A stretch of DNA of 64,000 nucleotides, taken from contig CM059432.1 in the NCBI GenBank assembly GCA_030390025.1, positions 98,024,001 through 98,088,000 on the forward strand. The letters are read 5' to 3'. Shown piece after piece: positions 37,164-50,000 of this stretch (position 1 is the first letter of the stretch; each line of letters opens with the position of its first letter). Both the position numbers and the translations under genes were made by a program. The notes below the pieces were generated by a model. It did not search any database and was not told the DNA's origin. It was given only the letters and a program-made list of their open reading frames with translations. This DNA is from Squalus acanthias (Eukaryota).

Positions 37164-37447
37164 TATATATTTCAATCTTAATAACTTCTATAAAATCAAT
37201 ATTTCTCTACCTAGCTTATTTATTTATATGTGCCTATCTTTACAGTATTAGATCCTTGGTCCTGAAATTCATCCTACTCCAACATTATCAGCATCATTGA
37301 GGGGAAAAGACAATTGAGAACACAATTAAAACCAATTCTACCTACACTACTGTTTTATCTTTGTTAGAAATAAAAGTAATGTAAAAACATATTGACATTC
37401 TTACACTGTTGTGCTTGTAAACTGGTGTGCCAAGTACACCAGTATAC

Positions 37448-38014
37448 AGACTCCCCAAAACCTTTCCACCATCTACAAGGCACAAGTAAGGAGTGTGATG
37501 GAATACTCTCCACTTGCCTGGATGAGTGCAGCTCCAACAACACTCAAGAAGTTCGACATCATCCAAGACAAAGCAGCCCGCTTGATTGGCACCCCATCCA
37601 CCACCCTAAACATTCACTCCCTCCACCACCAGCGTACCATGGCTGCAGTGTGTACCATCCACAAGATGCACTGCAGCAACTCGCCAAGGCTTCTTCGGCA
37701 GCACCTCTCAAACACGCGACCTCGTCCACCTAGAAGGACAACGGCAGCAGGCGCATGGGAACACCGCCACCTCCAAGTTCCCCTCCAAGTCACACAGCAT
37801 CCTGACTTGGAAATATATTGCCGTTCCTTCATCGTCGCTGGGTCAAAATCCTGGCACTCCCTACCTAACAGCACTGTGGGAGTACCTTCACCACACAGAC
37901 TGCAGCGGTTCAAGTAGGCGGCTCACCACCACCTTCTCAAGGGCAATTAGGGATGGGCAATAAATGCTGGCCTTGCCAGCGACGCCCACATCCCAGAAAT
38001 GAATTTAAAAAAAA
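37448..38014 (+). mobile_element. Non-LTR family B 3' fragment
   Basis: YKAQVRSVMEYSPLAW ORF, followed by gggcaataaatgctggccttgccagcgacgcccacatccc and poly-A. Confidence 0.9.
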
Positions 38015-38174
38015 CTTCTATCTTGCGTGCTACTCCTAAGTGATGCTTTATTGAAAAGAGTAAGCATGGCAAATTACCGAGAGACCTCCTGATAATGTGT
38101 TTGTGATTCTGTTGGCTCTCTACCTCTATGTGATAAAAATGTATCTGCTTTTATTGCCAACGGTAATGCCTAGG

Positions 38175-38380
38175 TTATGTAGCACATGGAATGCCCTACC
38201 AGAAACAATAGTGGAAGTAAAGTCTATAATAGCTTTTAAGGGGGAAGTGGAAAAATATTTGAAAAACAAATAGAAGGTCAAGGGAAAGGGCAGGCAAATA
38301 GGACTAAGTGGTTAGATCTTTCAGAAAATGGGCACAGGCACAATGGACCAAATGGCCTCCTTCAGTGCTGTAAAACTCTA
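38175..38380 (+). mobile_element. Old CR1 3' fragment
   Basis: tggaatgccctaccagaaa...gaccaaatggcctccttc. Confidence 0.65.
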
Positions 38381-39729
38381 CTTTAATTTTATAAGTAATA
38401 GAATTGTGTTCATTATCTTTGTGCCTGAGATCTCCCTTGAATGTGTTAGTCATGTTATATACTGGTCCATGGCAGTTTGCAGAACAGAAAACCTTTGTTG
38501 TACAAAACTGCCCAGTTTAGTAGCAGAATTTACAATTCTCTTCAGAGCAACTTGCACCATGAGGCAAGAAATGTAATCACCAGTTAAAGTCTGTGAAGGA
38601 TCCTGCATTTTACTGGTGTTGATATGAAGTTGCTATCATGAAGTGACTGATCAGGGACTGCAGCACACTGCACAGCAACAGCCAGCTCTTCTTCATCCAG
38701 TATCTCTGCTCTTTCCTCACCTGTGATCAGTGAGCCAATCTGCACTGCTTCATCACATTCACTAATCTTCTCAGAAGCTGAGGTGTCGGTCTCAAATGAT
38801 GGGGATAACACAGAGTGCGGAGTTGTGCCTGACAGTCTTCCTCATCTTATTGCCTTTCTGTGAAAGAGAAAATAGCATAGGATAAGCACATGGGCATCAT
38901 TATTTATATTGTTGCCATGACAGTACAGACTATGTTTTACAGTGGAGTACAAAACTTGCACTTAATCTGATGTAAGTGAAAATCATCGTACAGTGAACAT
39001 GTCATTATCATTGCACAAACTAGGCACATTGGAGTCACCAGAAACATTAGCATTTCCCCAGGCCATATGATGTCCAAAATGACCTCCTCAGAACAGGTAT
39101 GGGACTTTATTTGCTGCATGCCAGTAAAATTTCTGCATAGGTGGCACTTGTTGAAGGGAGCCATCTTCAGCAAAGACAAGTTATAACTAATAGTGCATTG
39201 TTTGTGATGCACTTTTGCAAAGAGAAGCAAAAGCTGCACAATACTATTTATATTGCAGGTCTAATCAAATTAATTATTAAATACCTTGTCAGCTGAAGCT
39301 GGGAATACAAAGTGACTACTTTTGTGTTGTCAGTTTTATCAGTGTATACAGATAATTAGTGAACAAACTTTTTCTGATATAAATAGTACTTTCATATTGT
39401 TAACTGAACACTGGATGGCCCCCTGATGGGAGTAGGCATATTGCAGCAATAACATTTCTCTAGTATTCCTTTATTATTCTTTGACAGGAATATTAGAGGG
39501 TCTGCAAATAAAAGCAGTTAGTTATTACTACATCAATCGGATTGTTTATTTGGACAAAACAGTGGCAACAATGATGGGATAGCACATGTTTAAAAAGATT
39601 GAATATTGGACATTTTTGTTATTTTAGTAATGACTGACCTTGTCACTGAATTTTAAAAAAATCATATTGGCCTTAAATTGGAAAAATTAGAGAGTATCAA
39701 ATAGGGTCGAGCTGGAGTGAATTGAGACA

Positions 39730-40200
39730 AATGAACTAGTAACAGAAGTCAAAAGAGAACAATTTTGCTTACTATCTGCAAACCTGCAACGTATACATTG
39801 ATTAAGAACCTGATTGTTCCTGCCCAGCCTGAAGACAAAACGTATGAGGCGTTAGTCCAAGTGGTCAAAGAACATCTGAGCCTGAAGCCACTCATTATTG
39901 CGGAATGGTTCAAGTTTAACTAGAAGAGGCAAAGAGATGATGAAAATCTTTCTCAGTTCATGACAGACTGGAGGAATCTACTTGAATCATGTGACTTTGG
40001 TGGGTTTCTTGATGATGTCTGTGTTTTGGAGGAAACAGATACAGAGGAAACTATTGGTAGAAGACAGGCTCGCGTCTGCTAGAGCACTTGAAACCATCAC
40101 TTGGGATGGAGACTGCTGCCAGGCATTCTAGCGAGTTATATGCCACAGGGTCCAACAGCTCCAGAATGAACAGAGTCGCTCAACCATGTTGAATGTGTGC
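39730..40200 (+). pseudogene. Gypsy LTR-retrotransposon gag remnant
   Basis: Hand translation ILLTICKPATYTLIKNLIVPAQPEDKTYEALVQVVKEHLSLKPLIIAEWFKFN*KRQRDDENLSQFMTDWRNLLESCDFG is typical of a Gypsy gag N-terminus. Confidence 0.75.
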
Positions 40201-40370
40201 TAGTAAGCATGTCTGCCTGAATTCTGAAATATCCTCATTATCATTCTTTTGTACTTCACCTCCGTTAAGGTACTAGCTAAATTTGTGTTAATGATACTCT
40301 TGTGCAATGAAGTATAAATAGTTGGGGTAAGGGCCATCAGAGCAATTCTGGTAGTTGGATAAAACATAAT

Positions 40371-40680
40371 GGGCTGGATTTTGTCTTGGGGTCGGGTTGG
40401 GGTCGTGTCATCCGCATTTTGTGGTCCCCCCCCGACTCCAGATTAATGTGGATGAATGATGCAATTTTCACTTAATTGGGCAATTGAGTTCCAGCATGTG
40501 GGAACCCATGAACTAATTAGTGTTTTCAGTCTGAAAGTCGCCTCTGATGATGTCATCATTGCTGACTGCCTAGTCTCAGAGACTGTTGGTGAGAGAGGAC
40601 CTGCGTGGCTTGCTTTTGATGTGAGTGGACCTGGATGCAAAAATGGGGGGGGGGGAGAGGGAGGGAGGGAGGGAGGGAGG

Positions 40681-40712
<32 letters not shown>

Positions 40713-41179
40713 GAGAGAGAGCATTTTTTTGCATCCAAGTCCTCTCACAGCAAAGGCCAGGCAGTCTCTGAACACATTCAATGCAGCAGCATCAGAGGCG
40801 ACTTTCAGACCTAATACTACTACCTTCATCACATCTCCGTTGCAATAGTGGACCTGCAGCTCATAGTCAGCTATCCACTTGTGCTCCCGCCAGGTTTCAC
40901 TGGAGTGTTTCACACCAGGCGTACTTCACGTCAGAAAACGGTTAAACTAGCTAAAACATTTCAAAATGGCATTGCTGAGCCAATTTAGGGCTTGTTAAGG
41001 GCTTTAATGGCCTCTCCCGCCTCTTGGAGGCGGGACGGAGTCGGGAACCACGCGACTGATTTTGTCAAAATTGCGTGGAGGCGGGATGGAGTCGGGATGG
41101 AGTCGGGACCCCCGACCCCGCAAATTTAACCCCCCACACGCCTCAAACCCGACTCCACGGGTCATTCAAAATCCAGCCC
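40371..41179. mobile_element. Harbinger-type MITE with a long internal inverted repeat
   Basis: Perfect 13-bp TIR gggctggattttg / caaaatccagccc; TSD AAT. Confidence 0.9.
40644..40721. repeat. G / GGGA / (GA)n polypurine microsatellite
   Basis: Directly visible in the sequence. Confidence 0.95.
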
Positions 41180-41857
41180 AATCATTCCAAAAAGAGGAAA
41201 TGGGTAAATATCCGTCTTAGCCCCAATCCAATGAAAAGGGAGATATGTTCCCCATCTATATTTTTTGGCATGATTATGCCTATGCTCTTGTGACAAACTA
41301 TTCAGGCAAACATGGCAGACATCTGTGAAATTCTTGATTAGATATTTATATAAATGAAAGATGATTATCAGTGATAATTTTATACAGCAATGTAAGGTCA
41401 ATGACAAGTCACATCCATATATAGAAATGTGATATGACTAATGATGATTCTTAATGCTTACTTTGGCACTTTTCTTTAAATCTACTTCCACACATCCTTT
41501 ATTGGTCTCCACGTGATTGTCCCCCACCATTCCAGTCACATTCTCTGTTTAGTGGTGGGTTGCCCTTCTGACCTGCAGCAGAGATATTCTCCATTTCTAC
41601 ACACTGTCCATATTTATCTATAAGGCCTCATCAGTAAAATGTGCCTTTCTAAGCCGTACTCTTTGTCAGCACTACCATTTGTGCACTCCACCACTGGATT
41701 GATGCAGTGAGCATCATTTATAGCTCTTAATTGTCTGCTAAGGGGGTCCTCAGTTGCATTCAAGCACTGAGAATGTGCTATGAGTGTGTTACTGTAAGTG
41801 CACTAATAAATCCTGGCAGAAAAAAACTCCCATTTAATGTACATTTAGGAACAAATT

Positions 41858-42620
41858 GGCCCGGAATTTGCAGTCCTGATGACGGTGAACTGATACCGTT
41901 CGCCGTCATTTCGCCTTTGAAACTGCCCGCAACTTCAGGATTTAGCAGCCTAATACGGAAATCCTGAAGTTGCGGCCTGTCATTCACTGCTCCTCCACAG
42001 GCTGCGCTGTGTCCCCACTCTCCCCTGCTCCACCACCCACACAGAGCCGGAAATCAGTGAAATCTCTCAAATCATGGAAATTGATTCCGGCTCTTCTGCA
42101 GTAATTATGCTGTTAAATACCCCACTAAAAGTTAGACCCTTTTGGATTAGGTGTAACTGGGGTTTCAACAGCGTACTGGCTGCTAAACAAAGGTTATGGC
42201 CCTGGAAAACTAATTTTAACTTTGTGCCGTGTCAAATTTATTAATTTTAATTGAAATTAAAATTTTTAAGAAAGTTTTTTAAAAAATATATATTTTTTGT
42301 AAAGTTTGTTCCTCTTTATTTCAGGTTTGCCTTTTCCCCATGTGAGAGCCCCAATCTTTGCTTTGCTCTCTCTTAACATTTTTTTAAATTTAGAATTTTA
42401 AGAGCTTACCCACTTCCTGATTTGCTGTCTGTGAGAATTCTGCGTTTTGATTGGCTGCTGAGACAGCTTGTTGACATCACAGCAGCTCTTCGCTGTGTAT
42501 CCCCATTAACTTCCGTTGATTTGAAATACCCGGGGGAAAACCCAAAATTCTCGACACAGAGATCGATGTTTGTGCGAAGCTTACGTCGGGGGTCAACGGC
42601 GAATGCCTTTGCTTCTGTAA
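41858..42620. mobile_element. Harbinger-type MITE, right TIR not found
   Basis: Starts ggcccggaatttgc; interior resembles the reverse complement of the 46591-51229 outer element. Confidence 0.55.
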
Positions 42621-42962
42621 CAAAAATAAAATTATTTTGAAAAATACCCTACCAGATAGAAGGTACATGAAATTCAGTTTTATTTCCCTTCATAGTGGTG
42701 CCTGAGCACAGCTCTAAGGTTCCAGAGAACTACCTTCAGAATATATTCAAAATATGTATCTCAGCAGAACATATAATAAATAAAGAGATTTATTGCAACC
42801 TGTTTCAGATTCTGAAGCCAATTACTGCCAGAAAATTCTAGCCAGCTCCCCAGCATACATATATCCACCACTTACTCATGAGGGCAACATATGATACACA
42901 CCTCGCTTGTCTTAACCTATGATGAATTGTTACATCAGACAAGGCAACTGGTTTAAGGAGGT

Positions 42963-43150
42963 AAAAACAGAAAATGCTGGAAATACTTAGCAGGTCAGGC
43001 AGCAGCATCTGTGGAGAGAGAAACAGAGTTAATGTTTCAGGTTGGTCACCTTTCTGTTTCTCTCTCCACAGATGCTGCCTGACCTGTTGAGTATTTCCAG
43101 CATTTTCTGTTTTTATTTCAGATTTCCAGCATCCGCAGTATTTTGGTTTT
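42963..43150. repeat. Penelope-derived palindromic short repeat, most complete copy
   Basis: Long inverted repeat aaaaacagaaaatgctggaaatac...gcatctgtggagagagaaacaga / tctgtttctctctccacagatgc...gtatttccagcattttctgttttt. Confidence 0.75.
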
Positions 43151-44344
43151 GGTTTAAGGAGGTATCATTTAAGGCATATGTCTCAATAGGTATCCTGCAT
43201 TTTTGTTTGATTTACTGTGGTGGGGTAGAAAGCAACTTTCTGAACCTTTCTCAGGAGATTAAATGGATTGAATAGAGTCCGTTATGGAGTAGTCTGTGAA
43301 GAAACAGATTTGATGAGTAGGATTGCCTTTCTCATTTTGTGCTTTCTCACAATTCTTAATGGTGTTATCATTCTTGTGTGCTGCTGATTGATGGATTGTT
43401 CTGCAGAAATGACCGATGTATCCTTATGAAATGCCCGCTTTGAGACAACTGTTATTTAAAATGTAGTTTGAAATATTCAGGCTCGGTCCCAAAACAGTCA
43501 TGAAGTGCCAGCAGGATGTAAGCAACCTTAAATAAAACCCGATGGTCCATATAGTCCCTGACTGGAGGATACTCCTCTCTGAAATATTGTCCCACTAACT
43601 AGTATCCCATCTTCTGTGTGTTAATAAAATAAAGTTAATTGTCTGATACAACGAAATATAATGAATAGTCAGCATGGATTTCAAAAGGGAAAGTCTTGCT
43701 TGACCAATCTCATTGTATTTTTTGAAGTGGTAACAGAGAGAATAGACAAGGGTAATGTAGTAGATGTAATTTATCTAGATTTTCAAAAGACCTTCAATAA
43801 GGTACCACATAACAGACTAATGAATAAAGTCAGAGCATGCGGAGTCAGGGGACAAGTAGCAGAATGATAACTAGCTGGCTTCAAGACAGGAAGCAGAGAG
43901 TAGGGGTAAAGGGTAGCTATTCAGAGTGGCAGAAGGTGGGCATTGGTGTTCCACAAGGATCAGTGCTGGGACCACTGTTGTTTACAATTTATATCAATGA
44001 TTTAGACTTTGGAATCAAAAACACAATTTCTAAATTTGCAGATGACACCAACTTGGGGGGATAGTCAATACTGAGGAGGACTACAACAAATTACAAGAAG
44101 ACATTAATAAACTTGAAGAATGGGCATACAATTGGCAAATGAAATTCAACACAAATAAATGTGAGGTATTACACTTTGGTAGGAAGAATAGGGAGGTCAC
44201 TTATTACTTGGAAAATACAAATCTAAGTGGGTTAGAAGAGCAAAGGAATCTCGGAGTACAAATACACACATCACTGAAAGTAGCAATACAGGTAAACAAG
44301 GCCATAAAAAAAGCAAATCAGGCACTCGGGTTTATTTCTAGAGA

Positions 44345-44452
44345 AAAAAAAAGAAAGACTTGCATTTATATAGTGCCTTTCACGACCACTGGACATCTCA
44401 AAGCGCTTTACACCAATTAAGTACTTTTGAAGTGTAGTCACTGTTGTAATGT
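44345..44452 (-). mobile_element. DeuSINE-like 3' tail fragment inside the CR1
   Basis: gacttgcatttatatagtgcctttcacgacc...gtacttttgaagtgtagtcactgttgtaatgt. Confidence 0.65.
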
Positions 44453-44763
44453 GCCACACAGGGATTGAACTGAAAAGTAGTGAAGTTATGCTAAACTTTT
44501 ATCGAACCTTGGTTAGACCACACTTAGAGTACTGCGTACAATTCTGGTTGCCATTTTATAAAAAAGATATAGAGGCACTGGAGAGGGTACAAAAACGATT
44601 TACAAAGATGATACCAGAAATGTGAGGGTATACATATCAGGAAAGGATGAACAGGCTGGGTCTCTTTTCTCTTGAAAAAAGAAGGCTGAGGGGTGACCTA
44701 ATAGAGGTCTTTAAAATTATGAAAGGTTTTGATAGAGTAGATACAGAGAGAATGTTTCCACTT

Positions 44764-45177
44764 ATAGAATCATAGAATCATAGAAGATAGGAGCAGGAGG
44801 AGGCCATTCGGCCCCTCTAGCCTGCTCCGCCATTCAATGTGATCATGGCTGATCATCCAAATTCAGTACACTGTCCCTGCTTTCTCCCCATATCCCTTGA
44901 TCCCTTTAGCCTTAAGAAATATATCCAACTCCTTCTTGAATCTATTTAATGAATTGGCCTCTACTGCCTTCCGTAGCAGAGAATTCCACAGGTTCACCAC
45001 TCTCTGGGTGAAGAAATTCCTCCTCATTTCTGTCCTAAATGGCTTACCCCTTATCCTTAGGCTGTGACCCCTGGTTCTGGACTCCCTGACCATCGGGAAC
45101 ATCCTTCCTGTATCTAGTTTGTCCTGTCCTGTCAGAATTTTATAAGTTTCAATGAGATCCCCTCTCATTCTTCTAAA
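44764..45177 (-). mobile_element. CR1 3' fragment nested antisense in another CR1
   Basis: RRMRGDLIETYKIL ORF and an (ATAGAATC)n tail; CACTT is duplicated at 44759-44763 and 45178-45182. Confidence 0.9.
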
Positions 45178-45668
45178 CACTTGTGGGGAAGAGCAAAACT
45201 AGAGGCCATCAATATAAGACAGTCACCAAAAAATCGAATAAGGAATTCAGAAGGAACTTTTTTACCCAAAGAGTGGTGAGAATGTGGAATTCACTACCAC
45301 AGGGATTGGTTGAAATGAATAGTATAAATTCATTTAAGGGGTGGCTCAATAAGCATATGAGGGAGAAGGGAATAGAGGGTTATACTGATAGAGTTAGAAG
45401 AAGAAAGAGGGGAGGAGGCTCAAGTGAAGCATAAATGCCAGCATGGACTGGTTGGGCCGAATGGCCTATTTCTGTGCCGTATATCCTATGTAATCCTATG
45501 TAATTCTGCCTATCCCTGTCTATTGTCATTAGTGGGGTGCAGGCTAAAATGTATTCAAACTACCTGTTCTTCCCCACTTTAATTCCCTCTTCCATTCCCA
45601 CTCCGATCTCCCTATCATTGTCCTCATTCACTGTTCCAAGAAAGCTCAACTCAAGCTTCAAGAATTAT

Positions 45669-46410
45669 GGGCCAGAAATTCGGTTTTCCGGCTTCCTGCG
45701 GGTGCAAGCATCGCGAGCGTACTTACCGACTGCGCCTGCTGTTGTGTTTTGGGCCCACGAGGACTTCGGGTCCTGGGCCTCCTCCAGCTGCCGGCGCGCA
45801 GTGCTTGCGTGTCCCAGGGGCGCAGTTAGTTCGAAGCATCCCCTGGGATCACGTGGGCCATGGAGAGCCAATCCTAGCAGGGCAGGAAGACCTGTCAAAT
45901 CTATGAATTGAAATCGGCCCCAAAACCACACTTAAACTTCAAATAAATTAAAAAACAAAATCACATTTTTAAAATAACTATAAATTACATAAATTAACTA
46001 CTTTAAACAAAAATTTAAATTTTTGAAAAAATTAATTATACTTTTTAACGGTGCTAAAAATAAACTTACCTTTCTTTAAAGTATCTAAAAAAGATAAACC
46101 TGTTGAAATAAATTTTAAATTGTAATGAAGTAACCACTTACCTTGTTAAAAACAGGTCTTGCACCTCCTTTTTAAAAGCGCAGCTTCTTCCATACTTTTT
46201 TCCCGGAGAAACCTGAAAAAAACTCGAAGTTCGCTGCGTGCGCGCAGCCTCTCCCACGCACGCGGTTCACCTCTGAACCCCTCCCTTCACGAGACCGGAA
46301 GTTCCGGTTTCCCGCGCATGCGCAGTGCATGCAGGAAACCGGCACTTCAAGTGGCCTTACAGGTGAGTACACAGCGCGTACTCACCCGACAAGCGCCGGA
46401 TTTCTGGGCC
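45669..46410. mobile_element. Harbinger-type MITE with internal palindromes, copy B
   Basis: TIRs gggccagaaa / tttctgggcc; flanks TAT/AAT; homologous to 15561-16325. Confidence 0.85.
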
Positions 46411-47091
46411 AATATCTCATCTTTCTCCTAGCCACCCTGCAATTCTCTGGTCTAAACATTGACTTCAATAACTTTAGACTTCAGCTATATCCTCAATTTT
46501 AAACTTGCATCTCTCCCATTTTCTTGCATTTCCCCACACCTCCCACTTCCTTATCTATTTACACACCCTTTATTTCCTTAATGTCTTAATGGGCCATCAT
46601 TTGCATCTAACAATGTTTGCCGTTAGTTAGACTCGCCCTTGCATGTTTAGGTTTTAAAATTTTTTGCATGGCAAGTTGCAGAAAGTGCGAGCTGATAACG
46701 TCACAATGAGTGAAACAGGGCATCTGGAATCTGAGTGAATAGGCCAAAGAACTGACTATCTCCGTAACCAATCAAATTGAAGGATTGTGACATTAGCAGT
46801 GTAAGGACTGAGAAGGAAGTGTAAATTAGAGTGGGTGAATTCAATGTCAAATCAGGTACAGAAAGAGAAATAAAGAGAGGGGAAGAGAGTTGATATTAAG
46901 AGAGAAAGAAAAAAGGACAGAAAGGAAAAGTAATAGTTTTGAAAGTTTTTTTAAAAATTTGATTTTTTAAAATATCCAACAATAATTAATACCTGGAGGA
47001 ATGGGACTCCAAACCTGTAATAGTTAATGTTCAGTGCCAGAGAGGTTGATTGGCAATAATTTACACTATCGTGTCGTTAAAAGGGTACATA

Positions 47092-50000
47092 GGGCTAAAA
47101 ATTCAGGGGCTTTACGCCACTTGTTACCGTCAAAAAATGAAAAAAAGAGGGCGGTTACCGCCCTTTCGCCAGCTGGTAGCGGGTCCCGCAGTGTCCTCCA
47201 TTTTCGAAGGCCCGGCAGCACTGCTGGTAAGATGCATCGCCTGCAAAGTAAAATGAGGGAGTGGTGCACGCTGACTTAACGTCACCACGGCGAACCTGGA
47301 TCTTTGCGTTGAGCGCTGGGTCCTAAGCATGCCTGGTAAACCCAGCATGCAAGCAGACTGACAGAGGTGCCTCTTAAAGGGACACACACATCTTTCAGGT
47401 AAGTTTGCATTTAAGCTTTTGGAATGTATTTTTTTGATTTTACTGAATTAGTGGCTTGCTGCAATAGATGTTAAAAGTTTTTGAAGTGTGTAGGGAGTGC
47501 TGCTGGATGCTTGCAAGGCTTTGGATGGTAAAGGAAGGCCTCTGAGAAGACAGTAAAAGCTGCAAATACTCAACAGGTGAGGCAGTATCCATGAAGAGAG
47601 AAACAGAGTTCACGTCTCAGGTCAAGATGCTGCCTGACCTACTGAGTATTTCCAGCATTTTATACTGTCATTTCAGATTTGCAGCATCCGCTCACAGAGA
47701 GAAGAGGAAGGTGCAGAAGAGGAAGGAACAGAAGAAGAAGAAGCCGAAGAGGAGGAAACAGAAGAGGAGGAAGCAGAAGAGGAGGAAACAGAAGAGGAGG
47801 CAGCAGAAGAGGAGGAAGCAGAAGGAAGGATGCAACCCAGACAGCCCCTTTCTGGGTGGGATATCCGGAATGGAATCATTTGCCTATGGTGCCAGTGACC
47901 ACAACCCCAATTCCCCTTTCAACCTTGGTCCCACACCTTACCTTCCCTCTGTTACTGACCATCAAAGCATCCTCTTGGCCACAATGCTGACATAAAAGCC
48001 ACCTCGAAGCAAACTTTCCAATCCAAATTTATACATCTATGCATCCAATATCACATCAAGAAAGCAACTCATCACCCTTATGCATTCTCTTAGTGACTGT
48101 CTTGTGTGTGCCTTTGCCTATCCTACTGATGTCACACAGTGCTACCCCAGTGGCTACAGCATGGCTGGTGGAAGGCTGCTGACTTTCAGTGGGGGACACT
48201 GCAAATGGCTTTGCTGGTTGACCTTGAGGAGCTGGTGGCTGGGAGTGTGAAATCGAGTGATGGACAGTGTTTCTTCTCCTTCTTCTCTCTCCTCTCCTCT
48301 TCTTGGCCAACCACCGGCTGGGCAGGTTGCATTTCTTGGGTGTGTGAAGGCACAAGGGTGGAGTTGTGGTGAGGGAAGGGCATGATAGCAAGAGGTGTAT
48401 GTGAGAAAGAGGACAGCATACCAGCATCTTATATCCTTTCTGCACCGCCACTGGCTAAGGGCTCAGCCATGCCCCTGCCCAGAATGACCAGCACCGTCTC
48501 CTCCAAGGGGGTGAGGTGAGGCTAGGCATGTGAGGTGTGCCTCATGTTTGGTTGTAGGGGGTGGTGTTTTGTGTCAGCTTCACCTCTGACTTCTGAGCGG
48601 TTCGAATTGCTCCCACTCCCTTTGTTCTAGACCTTGGACTTATTTGGGGGTTGTGATAAAAGGTGCAGCAGACAACTGAGTTTGATGAAAAGAACTTCAA
48701 TCTTTATTAAAAGGTAAAACACAAATAATAACACTCTTAACACTCTAAAGGTGGGGAACACTTCGGTACAAGCGAGGGAAATGACAGTAGAACAATACTT
48801 CACCCCTCCCAACCCCACTTTACTAGCTAAGTTAGGCTTTGCAGGACCAGGGATAATGATCACCAATCCTTTAACACTTGGGCTAAATCGCGGTTTTGGG
48901 GTTCGCTGTTTATGGCGGTTAGTGTCTGCCGTACCCCGTATGCGGTAGAGGACTTCACCTGCGTATCTGGTCAGTCTTCGCGAGTCCGCTGATGCGGTAG
49001 GATGTCGGTTTGGATTTATCTGGTGAGTACCCAATTTCTTTCGGTTAGCAATAGGGTTTAGAGTCTTTGGGAAAATCTTACCCAGGGGTAAATCAGGAGT
49101 AGATTGTAGAGTGGAAACTTTGCGGTTCTTCGGGTTTTTCTTCCCTTGAGTTGGTCTTTGTTGGTCGCGGTGGCCTGCTATTACCCGGTCAGTTGGGGGT
49201 AATATGCGATTGTTGGTTTCTTGAGGCCTTTGGTTTCCACGATGGTTTTAGGCCTTGTCTAGTGTGTTGGTCGACCTCGTGAGCCGTCGGTGACTTGTTG
49301 CTGCTTGTTGCTCCGGGTGACTGCGTTGGGACCGTTGTTGGAGGTCCGTCGAGGTGGTGTCTTCACGAGCTGGACTCAGGTGTGTCTGAGTGGTGAGCGA
49401 TGCCGACTCGCTTCCAGCTCGGCTTGTCTTCTTCCTTGTTTCTTCTTCTTCTGCTGACCACCCTGAACTGCTTAACGGGCCTTCAATTATACTGAATTGA
49501 AGTGGCCTTATCTACCCGCCAAATCTACTCATTTCATTGTCTGGTTTTGGCGGGCTCGTTAATCGGTAACGACTTACTAGCGTGTTAACTGGTTTTTTAA
49601 CAGGCCTTCAATCTCACCCATTGAACATGGCCTTATCTACCTGCCAAATCTGCTCAGTTCATTGTCTGATTTTGGTGGGCCTGTTACCAGTAACTGCTCT
49701 GTAAGTGTCAAATGGCTTTTGGGATGGCTTGCATCCTATCGATCTCCTTGGTTGATCACTGGTGATTGATTTCGTGTTTGGGATTCTAGGCTGGACTTGG
49801 TCTTTCTATAGAATGGGTCTGAGTGGGTTTTATTATGCATGTTTCTGATGGGCCCTGTAATCGGTTTTGATGGGGCCTGTATTTTGGGTGGGACTGTCTT
49901 CTCCCAGGGTCTATTGTTCAAATGTTAATGTCTGCTGGGGCTTGAGTAGGTTCCCCAGACAGTGTAATTAACGGCAATAGCCAAACTGCTTTTACAGAGG

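Larger units (their letters stand above)
43655..45503 (+). mobile_element. CR1 LINE with two nested insertions
   Basis: QHGFQKGKSCLTN, GVPQGSVLGP, KFADD and RRNFFTQRVVRMWN; tail (TCCTATGTAA)n. Confidence 0.92.

Noticed and set aside
48627..49034. 135-aa ORF in the LTR-like insert as a possible viral accessory gene
   Set aside because: No recognisable motif, and it overlaps the presumed R/U5 region.
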